Below are positions 56,729 to 64,000 of a stretch of 64,000 nucleotides of DNA, piece after piece. Origin of the DNA: an uncultured Candidatus Saccharibacteria bacterium (GTDB lineage Bacteria > Patescibacteriota > Saccharimonadia > Saccharimonadales > Saccharimonadaceae); NCBI GenBank assembly GCA_963515375.1, contig CAUPWE010000004.1, forward strand, positions 1,080 through 65,079, read 5' to 3'. The position numbers were made by a program, and so were the translations under genes. The notes under the pieces were generated by a model. The model searched no databases and had not been told where the DNA came from. It was given only the letters and a program-made list of their open reading frames with translations. How positions within the stretch are numbered: the first letter of the stretch is position 1; every line of letters begins with the position of its first letter.

Positions 56729-58888
56729 ATGATGGTTCGAGCGTTAGTACTGGGCTTGATCGCGCTGATGGCGTTGATTTTGGGTATGTTGGTACTCAGA
56801 AAATCGAAACGTCGCCAGGGTGTCAAATGGTGGTTCTTTTTGGTTTGTCTGTGTCTGGGGGTATGGTCAGCTGGCCTTGAGCTGTTTTCCTTAGCGGATA
56901 ATGCGATGGTCTTAGATATTGCTTCAAGGTGGTTTTATGTCGCTTCGGCGATTTTTTGTCCAGCGCTCGCCATTTTTACTGCCAAGTCATTTCTACCGCC
57001 GACCAAATCGGTAAAAAGTTTTATCTATATATCTAGTGCGATGTTCGTTGTTTTTGCGATATACATTGCTTTAGCGCCAGAGTTCATTATTAATACTTCA
57101 GAAATTTACACGCCAATAGATTTCTCGCAAATTCCAATTAACGCTATTCATTATACAATTTTTGCTACCTTTTTTATGACATTTTTCTTGATTGCAATGT
57201 GGTTTGGCCATAGGGCTTGGAAGAACTCTGATACTATTCGCCGTAAACAAGTTGCAATATATATGGTTGGTTTATTTATATCTAGCATTCCTGGGTTTGT
57301 GGTTGATTTACTGCTGCCAGCGCTTGGGGATTATAGATATATATGGATTGGGCCAGTGGCTACGGTTATTTTCCTCTTTGCGATTATGTATAGTATTGTG
57401 CGGTATCGTCTGATGGATGTAAAGACGGCGGTAGCTCGGAGCGTTTCGTACATACTGCTATTAATTGCCTTAGCGGCTATTTATGCAGTTTCCGCGTACG
57501 TTATTTCAATTGTTGTCTTCCAACGTACTTTAACTGTTGATAGTCATGTCAGTCTGCTAAATATGATTTTGGCGCTGATTTTGGCGTTTTTATATCAGCC
57601 AGTCAAGCGGTTTTTTGACAAATTCACTGATAAAATCTTCTATTACGGCGAATATGATACAGATGCTTTTGCCCGCGAAATTAGTAAAATATTAACTTAT
57701 ACTGCGGATTTACAATTATTGACGCGGCGAGTTAGTAATTATATCGCTAGGGCGCTAAAGGCGGAAAAAGTGACATTTTGCATTCCAGAGAAGGGCATTT
57801 ATGGACGAACAGGGCGTCGCCGCCTGTCGGTTATTGAAGAAGATGTACGTAGAATTATGGATTATTATCATGAACATTATGATTTTCCAGAGGTGATTTT
57901 AGCAAACCAAGTTAAAGACCCGGAATTAAAGAAGATTTTGGATATTCACCGGACAAAAATTATTGTGCCACTTCTACATCAAAATCAGGAGGTGGGAATC
58001 TTATTTCTAGGTGAGCATAAGAGCTTGGGGTATAGTTCACGGGATATTGAAATGTTGGAGTCAATCGCTGGTGAGCTGGCAGTATCGATTCGGAATTCGC
58101 TGTCGATGGAGGAAATCAATGAATTGAATAAGAGTCTGCAGCGAAGAATTGATGAGTCAACGAAAGAATTGAGGTTTAGTAATCGGCAATTACAGAGGCT
58201 GGACGAGGCGAAAAACGAATTTATTTCTATGGCGTCACATCAGCTTAGGACGCCATTGACTAGTATTAAAGGCTATCTGGACATGATTTTGGAGGGCGAT
58301 TTGGGAAAAATTTCGCCAACACAACGGGCAGTTCTGAGAGAAGCATTCTCCTCAAGTGAGCGTATGGTGCGCTTAATCAATGATTTTCTTAATGTATCAC
58401 GACTACAGACGGGGCGGTTTGCCATTGATAAGCAAAAAATAGATATTGCGCGCGTTCTTCGTGATGAAATTTCGCTATTGCAGGTTGTGGCAGATCAGCG
58501 TTCGGTTGAGCTGAATGTGAAGATTGATAAAAAGATACCACTGGCGACAATAGACTCTGAGAAGATTCGTCAGGTTATGCTAAATATGATTGATAATGCA
58601 ATCTATTATTCTAACCCGCACGCAAAGGTGACTATTACGTTAAAAAATAGCGATAAAGTAATTGAGTTTACTGTGAAAGACTCAGGAATTGGTGTACCAA
58701 AATCAGAGCAAGCAAGGCTGTTTAGTAAGTTTTTCCGTGGAGCTAATGCCAGAAAAAGACGACCAGACGGAACAGGTGTTGGGCTGTTCTTGGCAAAGAA
58801 AGTCGTTTTATTACACGATGGCGAGATGATTTTTGAATCAGAAGAAGGAAAGGGTAGTACTTTTGGGTTTAAGCTGCCAGTTCGCTAG
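56729..58888 (+). CDS. Sensor histidine kinase (7TM-type N-terminal sensor, GAF, HisKA, HATPase)
   Basis: Multi-TM N-terminus, ASHQLRTPLT, NMIDNAIYY, DSGIG and GTGVGL. Confidence 0.95.
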   Translation: MMVRALVLGLIALMALILGMLVLRKSKRRQGVKWWFFLVCLCLGVWSAGLELFSLADNAMVLDIASRWFYVASAIFCPALAIFTAKSFLPPTKSVKSFIYISSAMFVVFAIYIALAPEFIINTSEIYTPIDFSQIPINAIHYTIFATFFMTFFLIAMWFGHRAWKNSDTIRRKQVAIYMVGLFISSIPGFVVDLLLPALGDYRYIWIGPVATVIFLFAIMYSIVRYRLMDVKTAVARSVSYILLLIALAAIYAVSAYVISIVVFQRTLTVDSHVSLLNMILALILAFLYQPVKRFFDKFTDKIFYYGEYDTDAFAREISKILTYTADLQLLTRRVSNYIARALKAEKVTFCIPEKGIYGRTGRRRLSVIEEDVRRIMDYYHEHYDFPEVILANQVKDPELKKILDIHRTKIIVPLLHQNQEVGILFLGEHKSLGYSSRDIEMLESIAGELAVSIRNSLSMEEINELNKSLQRRIDESTKELRFSNRQLQRLDEAKNEFISMASHQLRTPLTSIKGYLDMILEGDLGKISPTQRAVLREAFSSSERMVRLINDFLNVSRLQTGRFAIDKQKIDIARVLRDEISLLQVVADQRSVELNVKIDKKIPLATIDSEKIRQVMLNMIDNAIYYSNPHAKVTITLKNSDKVIEFTVKDSGIGVPKSEQARLFSKFFRGANARKRRPDGTGVGLFLAKKVVLLHDGEMIFESEEGKGSTFGFKLPVR

Positions 58889-59100
58889 CGAAAAAGGCTG
58901 ATAATTCCAGAGATGATCAGTACTAGCGAGATTACTACTAAAATGACAGCTCCGATTGCGCGAAGAAACTTTTTCCGATCAAAAATCCACTGTGATAGTT
59001 TGGAGCGGTTAGTTGCTGTAATTTGAATTACTTTTGGTCGTTGAGTCGCAGCATCTGCTCCGGTATATTTTTTATTGCGCCTTTTCTTCTGCTTTATCAT
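58885..59100 (-). CDS. Small basic protein with C-terminal TM helix
   Basis: KKRRNKKYTGADA...; ATG 59100 lies 6 nt after TATAAT. Confidence 0.75.
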   Translation of the reverse strand: MIKQKKRRNKKYTGADAATQRPKVIQITATNRSKLSQWIFDRKKFLRAIGAVILVVISLVLIISGIISLFR

Positions 59101-59116
59101 GGGGTTATTATACATG

Positions 59117-59146
59117 AAAACACTCCCTGGGAGTAGGGAGTGTTTT
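59117..59146 (-). terminator. Terminator after the LPXTG gene
   Basis: AAAACACTCCCT-N6-AGGGAGTGTTTT. Confidence 0.85.
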
Positions 59147-59190
59147 GTCTGAAACTGAGCGCTTCAGATAGGGTATGGAGCGGTCAATCT

Positions 59191-60759
59191 CTATAGTTGT
59201 CGCCGGCTAGCAACGTAAGCTAATCCTGCCGTCAGCAGTGCGCCAACCCCTAGTCCGCTCATTAACAGGTCGCTGGAACCAGTTTGTGGCAGGGATGATG
59301 GTGTAGCTGACTTTGGATTTGATGGCGTCGTTTCTGGGTTTGTTGGTGTCTGAGCTGAAGGTTTGGTTGGACTACTTGGGCTTGTTGGTGTAGTTGGTTT
59401 GGCTGGAGATGACGGATTCGATGGTTTTTCTGGAACAGTGGGATTTGTCGGTTTTGAAGGCTCAGTTGGCTTATTTGGATTACTAGGGTTCGTTGGTGTA
59501 GTTGGCTTGCTAATCTCAACAGTAGCGTCATCGCAGGAGTCTGGGGTGTTTGCATTCGGATTTGCGACGCCTGGCGCATCGACGCAAGCGGTATTTTTAA
59601 TCTTACCATCCTGGGCTGTAGGGATTTTTGCGGTAATGGTAAAGTTAGCAGACTGGCCGGATTTTAGCTCAGTGATAGTATGCGTCCATTTATTGTCTTT
59701 TATAGCGCCGGCACTTGCCTTTACGAAAGTAACTCCCTTTGGTGCGTCGTCGGTAGCGGCAATATTTTTCAAGTCAGTTTCACCAGTATTGGTGACTTTA
59801 ATCTGGTAGGTAAATTCGGTATTGAGATTGACAACTTTATGTTTAGCACCGTCAGCTAGTTTTTCAACTTTCACACCAGATTTCTTTGGGGTTGGCGCTT
59901 CACCATCTCCAATAACAAAGGCTTTTGTGCAATCTTCGCTGGTAACGGTTTTCTCTGAATCCTTCAAGGCTACAGTAATAAAGGCCTTCACGGTGTATTT
60001 GCCTGGCTTGAAGCCCTCAAACTTACCGTTGTCTGAGCTGTAAACTTCATTATTTGCAGAGTCGTAGACTTTATACGTGACTTTCTTGAAAATTGCGCCG
60101 TTATTGGCGGTGTATTTGACAGAGAACTTAAAACTGTCTTGGGAGATTTTATCAATGGAAAGAGCATTACACTGGTAAACAGGAGTTTGCTCGCAGCTTT
60201 TTTCAACTTTTACGCTGGCTTCGGCGTGTTTAGTGCCTTCCTGAATCGCTGCGCCAGCGGTACTTGAGAAGGAAACGCTACTACCGCAGGTCAGATTATC
60301 AACAGTAACTTTAGCTTGGTAGGTGATGATGGCGTTGGTGTTTGGCGCGTAGTTACCAAGATTAAGTGTTTTATTGAATATATCGCCATTTAATGTCGTG
60401 CCTTGAGGATTGTTACTATTGGTGAGCTTTGTTGAGCCGTCAATATATGTTAGTCCGCTTGGTAATTTATCCTTAACGAGGACATCACGCTGTTCGGTCG
60501 TGCTGGTATTTTTATACTCTAGGCGGTATTCAATAGTGTCGCCAGGGTTAACGGTTACGCTTTTTTGCCAAGCAGTGTCACCTTGTTTACGAACTTGCTT
60601 GGTAAAAGAAAAATTCGGCTGACCAGTATTGGTGTTGTTTTGGTTTGCTGTGCCCAGTGCGTTCAGTGCCGCTGGTAAGGATATAGCCATAATTGTAGCC
60701 ATGGCTAATGCGTAAAATCGCTTTGGAATGCTCCGCAGCCAATCAAAACTTTTATGCAT
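59191..60759 (-). CDS. LPXTG cell-wall-anchored surface protein with two DUF11-type Ig domains
   Basis: Signal peptide; VNPGDTIEY..DKLPSGLTY and FTYQIKVTNTG..DDAPKGVTF; P/T/S stalk; LPQTG, TM helix and RR tail. Confidence 0.9.
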   Translation of the reverse strand: MHKSFDWLRSIPKRFYALAMATIMAISLPAALNALGTANQNNTNTGQPNFSFTKQVRKQGDTAWQKSVTVNPGDTIEYRLEYKNTSTTEQRDVLVKDKLPSGLTYIDGSTKLTNSNNPQGTTLNGDIFNKTLNLGNYAPNTNAIITYQAKVTVDNLTCGSSVSFSSTAGAAIQEGTKHAEASVKVEKSCEQTPVYQCNALSIDKISQDSFKFSVKYTANNGAIFKKVTYKVYDSANNEVYSSDNGKFEGFKPGKYTVKAFITVALKDSEKTVTSEDCTKAFVIGDGEAPTPKKSGVKVEKLADGAKHKVVNLNTEFTYQIKVTNTGETDLKNIAATDDAPKGVTFVKASAGAIKDNKWTHTITELKSGQSANFTITAKIPTAQDGKIKNTACVDAPGVANPNANTPDSCDDATVEISKPTTPTNPSNPNKPTEPSKPTNPTVPEKPSNPSSPAKPTTPTSPSSPTKPSAQTPTNPETTPSNPKSATPSSLPQTGSSDLLMSGLGVGALLTAGLAYVASRRQL

Positions 60760-60916
60760 GCGTTTTCCTCCTCGTTATATGCCAATTTAAAGTTGGCTGA
60801 TTAAATGCATTGAATGTAGCTATTATATACAAAATATTAAGAAAAGTCAATAACAGATGAGCGTTTTACATACTATAGACATTTTTATGATAATTTGCTA
60901 TGATACCTGAAGTCGT

Positions 60917-60991
60917 GGCCTTATCGTCTAACGGTTAGGACACCAGGTTTTCATCCTGGCAATCCGGGTTCGATTCCCGGTAAGGTCACCA
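60917..60991 (+). tRNA. tRNA-Glu(UUC)
   Basis: Anticodon arm CCAGG-TTTTCAT-CCTGG; CCA end; terminator at 61002-61024. Confidence 0.96.
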
Positions 60992-61104
60992 TGTGACAGA
61001 CAGAAGACCTTACTGGTCTTTTTTATTTGTTTTTAATCTTGCAAGGAACTTATGCTTACTATAAAATGATGCTAAGATAGTAGTAATAGCAGGGTAGGGA
61101 TCTA

Positions 61105-61917
61105 ATGATAAAGAGTAGCGCGATAAAAACAAAACACGCAAACGTTAGAAAGGTCCAGGACGGTAAAAGATCGCCTAAAGACACTCCTGTGCAAAAAGTA
61201 CACTCTAGACTAAAATCCACCCGAAAGCGTATATCAAAATTCTGGATTATAGCTGGAGTTGCTATATTAATAGCTGCTATCTACCTGCTCATCAATGGCG
61301 GTGCCTTGGTAGAGCAACATAAAATGGCGCAATACCTTAAGGAAAAGTATGGGAAAGAGTTTATAGTAGAAAATTATCGCATTGAGGGTGGCGGTATTGG
61401 AGTTGAGGGCGATCCGTATGTGGATGCTTATCCGGTTGATGATAGTAGTCTTAGGTTTGAAGTGTGGAATAGAGCTGACTATAGAAAAGGCGAGAGTGCT
61501 TACTCTGATACCTATCCAGATCGTATTTGGGAAAGAGAGTCTAGGAATGATATAGCTAACCTAGTTAGCAAGCAGTTTGGCGGTAGAGCTAGACTCAAAT
61601 CAATAAGAATAAACAGCGATATAGAGGTTGGCAGAGCTATTACGAAAAACATACCCTCCTATAAAGATGCATTTAATAAATTTGGCAGAAAAATATATAT
61701 GACAATATCTTTAGAGAATGACGTTAATTTTGATGATTTGTCAGAGCATATATATAGAGTGACTTCTGAAATAAGAAAGCAAATGGGCGTAATGCTGGCT
61801 ATAGACTATCATGATTCACTACATAAGCTATGGCTGGAGGATCAGGACATTAGCAATATGAAATCTTCGAGTGACGTAGATAAATATATAAAGAGGAGGT
61901 GGAGTGAACATAACTAA
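61105..61917 (+). CDS. Membrane-anchored extracytoplasmic protein; candidate immunity or anchor partner of the downstream lipase
   Basis: Basic N-terminus, one TM helix, YLKEKYGKEFIV..D.Y pattern; overlaps the next gene's start. Confidence 0.8.
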   Translation: MIKSSAIKTKHANVRKVQDGKRSPKDTPVQKVHSRLKSTRKRISKFWIIAGVAILIAAIYLLINGGALVEQHKMAQYLKEKYGKEFIVENYRIEGGGIGVEGDPYVDAYPVDDSSLRFEVWNRADYRKGESAYSDTYPDRIWERESRNDIANLVSKQFGGRARLKSIRINSDIEVGRAITKNIPSYKDAFNKFGRKIYMTISLENDVNFDDLSEHIYRVTSEIRKQMGVMLAIDYHDSLHKLWLEDQDISNMKSSSDVDKYIKRRWSEHN

Positions 61918-64000
61918 TGAGCAATATTTGGCCTTAAGCGCGCTGGCGTATTCGGATATAAGCACATATTACAATAAGAAACAGACAACAATAGGCTATC
62001 TTATAGGTAATAATAGAATCAAGGACTATTTAGGTAAAGATGGTTCTGTCTCTCCGGAATTTTCTGCTTTATCTACCCTTAAGGACTGGATTATTATTGA
62101 TACCTATTCAAATAGTTCATCAGGTTTTTATGGTATCGCTATTCAAGATCCCGCAACAAAAGATATAGTGTTTGCTTATAGGGGTACTCAGGCGGACATA
62201 TTGGGTAATGACTTTAGTCCTAGTGATATATTCACAGACTTGCAAATAGGGTTGAGGATACTACCGCAACAGTTTGTCGATGCGGTAAATTTTTATCATC
62301 AAGTAAGTCAAACATATGGATCACAATATTTGGTAGACTACAGTTTTACTGGGCATTCTTTAGGAGGCGCTATTGCCCAGTTTATGACGTATTCAAGCGC
62401 AACAGACGACAAGATATATGACTCAGTTACTTTTAATGCTGTCAGCCCCGTCCCTATTATTAAATCTATGGATAGTGATTTTAATAAAAAATGGAGCCGT
62501 TTTTATAACTATAGCACGGATCATGTCAACTCCCTTGACTGGGTCGGTATGTATTATGGTGCGGACTTAGGAAAGACTATTCGACACATCAATAATACCG
62601 AAATTGATTATAAAAGGGTTAATTTTGAAGCTGTGTCAAAAATGTTATTGATAAAGCTTCAGGTTGTCAAGGGCATAATTAGCAATGCTGAAGGCTATAA
62701 GCGAATACAGGATTTTATAAAAAATGTAGATGGCTCTATATCAAATGGGTCTGATGGATATTCAGTAGAAGATACATTGATGTTTTATAGAGGACAAGCT
62801 GGAGGTGTTAGTGGTGAGCTTGGAGGTGGCTTTCTAGATTTCTCACATCACCACTTAAGCCAGTTTTTACGAGATGACCCTAACAAGGCGGGCTTCCAGT
62901 ATGCTATGACAAGTACAGTTGATTCCCAATACGAGTTTGCTGACAATAGTGATATTCTGCAATTTATCAACGCCTTAACTGTTATTGAGATAGCAAAAGC
63001 CAATGACAGCGCTCGTTTTAATAAAATTATGCCTTCAGACACACCTCCTCTAGGCGCGTATTCAAGTGGGGGCGTCCTTTATATTTTGCCTGACGGAACT
63101 TATAGTTGGGGAACTTATTCCGATGCGTCGATTGCTTACGCTAAATATATTGTCCAAAAATATGAGCGTCTTCTTGTTTCGGGCGAATTTATGAAGTCGT
63201 ATGTTGATATGCAGAAAGCCCAAGCCGAACAGAACCGACGTATTGATCCATTGATATTTGATTTGGACGGCGATGGAATAACGACAATTTCACTTGAAGA
63301 ATCAAACGCTTTCTTTGATTTGGATAACAACGGTTTCGCTGAAAAAACCTCGTGGGTTGGTGCCAAAGAAGGTTTGCTGGCGTACGATAAAAATGGCGAC
63401 GGGATAATTAATGGCGGTAACGAACTGTTTGGCGACCGTACTTTAATGAAGGATGGTAAGACATTGGCGTCAAGCGGTTTTGCTGCCTTGGCAGAGTATG
63501 ATGATAATAAGGATGGCAAGATCGACAGTAATGACGCAATATATACGCTGTTACGGATTTGGCAAGATTCTGACGGTGATGGTATTACTTCTGCTGGCGA
63601 GTTAAGGCGATTGGTTGATCTGGGGATTGTGTCTATCGGGTTGTCGTATAGCAACACTGGTGTGACCGATAGTGCTAATAACATCCAAGTGCGGACAGGA
63701 ACGTTTACCTTGGCAGATGGCAGTTCTCGGGCAGTTGGAGAATACCTACTAAATCGTAATCCAGTACATTCGGTAGATTCGTCGCCGATAGAGATTTCTG
63801 ATAGCGTTGCGTTATTGCCAAATGTGCAGGGAGCAGGAAATGTTGGCTCACTGCATAAAGCGATAATGCAGGATAAATCCGGTTCTTTGCGTGGCTTGGT
63901 TGAGCAATTTATTACAGAAAAGGATGTCGCAAAACGCGAGGCGTTGACTGAAGGTATTTTGGCGCACTGGGCGGGAGTGGATTCTGTTGATCCGAAAAGC
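61904..64000 (+). CDS. Class-3-type lipase fused to a FrpC-type Ca2+-dependent self-processing module (partial, runs off the window)
   Basis: GTG 61904 after AGGAGGT, with no stop to the window end; FAYRGT, FTGHSLGG (62351), IDPLIFDLDGDG (63245), FDLDNNG, DKNGDGIINGGNELFGD and WQDSDGDG. Confidence 0.9.
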   Translation, partial: MNITNEQYLALSALAYSDISTYYNKKQTTIGYLIGNNRIKDYLGKDGSVSPEFSALSTLKDWIIIDTYSNSSSGFYGIAIQDPATKDIVFAYRGTQADILGNDFSPSDIFTDLQIGLRILPQQFVDAVNFYHQVSQTYGSQYLVDYSFTGHSLGGAIAQFMTYSSATDDKIYDSVTFNAVSPVPIIKSMDSDFNKKWSRFYNYSTDHVNSLDWVGMYYGADLGKTIRHINNTEIDYKRVNFEAVSKMLLIKLQVVKGIISNAEGYKRIQDFIKNVDGSISNGSDGYSVEDTLMFYRGQAGGVSGELGGGFLDFSHHHLSQFLRDDPNKAGFQYAMTSTVDSQYEFADNSDILQFINALTVIEIAKANDSARFNKIMPSDTPPLGAYSSGGVLYILPDGTYSWGTYSDASIAYAKYIVQKYERLLVSGEFMKSYVDMQKAQAEQNRRIDPLIFDLDGDGITTISLEESNAFFDLDNNGFAEKTSWVGAKEGLLAYDKNGDGIINGGNELFGDRTLMKDGKTLASSGFAALAEYDDNKDGKIDSNDAIYTLLRIWQDSDGDGITSAGELRRLVDLGIVSIGLSYSNTGVTDSANNIQVRTGTFTLADGSSRAVGEYLLNRNPVHSVDSSPIEISDSVALLPNVQGAGNVGSLHKAIMQDKSGSLRGLVEQFITEKDVAKREALTEGILAHWAGVDSVDPKS

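Noticed and set aside
59300..59510. Pro/Thr/Ser quasi-repeats as a DNA repeat or CRISPR
   Set aside because: Degenerate coding linker; no constant repeat-spacer array was seen anywhere in the window
63136..63684. 182-aa minus-strand ORF
   Set aside because: Antisense shadow of the lipase-SPM gene, whose plus frame carries the motifs
60992..64000. Formal genomic island or prophage at tRNA-Glu
   Set aside because: No integrase or duplicated tRNA 3' end is visible in the window, so it is only suggestive

Overview
Core-chromosome window from a reduced-genome bacterium. Gene content points to Candidatus Saccharibacteria (TM7, Patescibacteria/CPR); this is an inference from the shortened HrcA and TsaB, type IV pilus clusters, HTH-MurA fusion, MurT/GatD, membrane-anchored Clp and very short intergenics. 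It holds the hrcA-grpE-dnaK-dnaJ heat-shock locus with four CIRCE operators, a DUF1704-RimB-RimK module, comEC, yebC, ruvCAB, recA/recX, pilB/C/M/N/O and pilin clusters, tsaE/B, rny, gpmA, murT/gatD, murB, glyA, murA, a glucan phosphorylase, folD, a two-component locus, an LPXTG protein and 9 tRNAs. Highlights: (1) a lipase fused to a FrpC-type self-processing (Asp-Pro) module, missed by the ORF track, behind a membrane-anchored partner gene next to tRNA-Glu; (2) a ~120-nt structured leader RNA with terminator/antiterminator geometry between ruvA and ruvB; (3) a receiver / methyltransferase / 7TM kinase trio resembling a signal synthase plus sensor; (4) a membrane-anchored Clp ATPase with degenerate pore loops; (5) about 25 apparently leaderless genes; (6) three frameshifted or truncated genes not evident from the ORF track. 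No CRISPR array, rRNA or transposase was seen. All family calls come from motif recognition by eye, not database searches.
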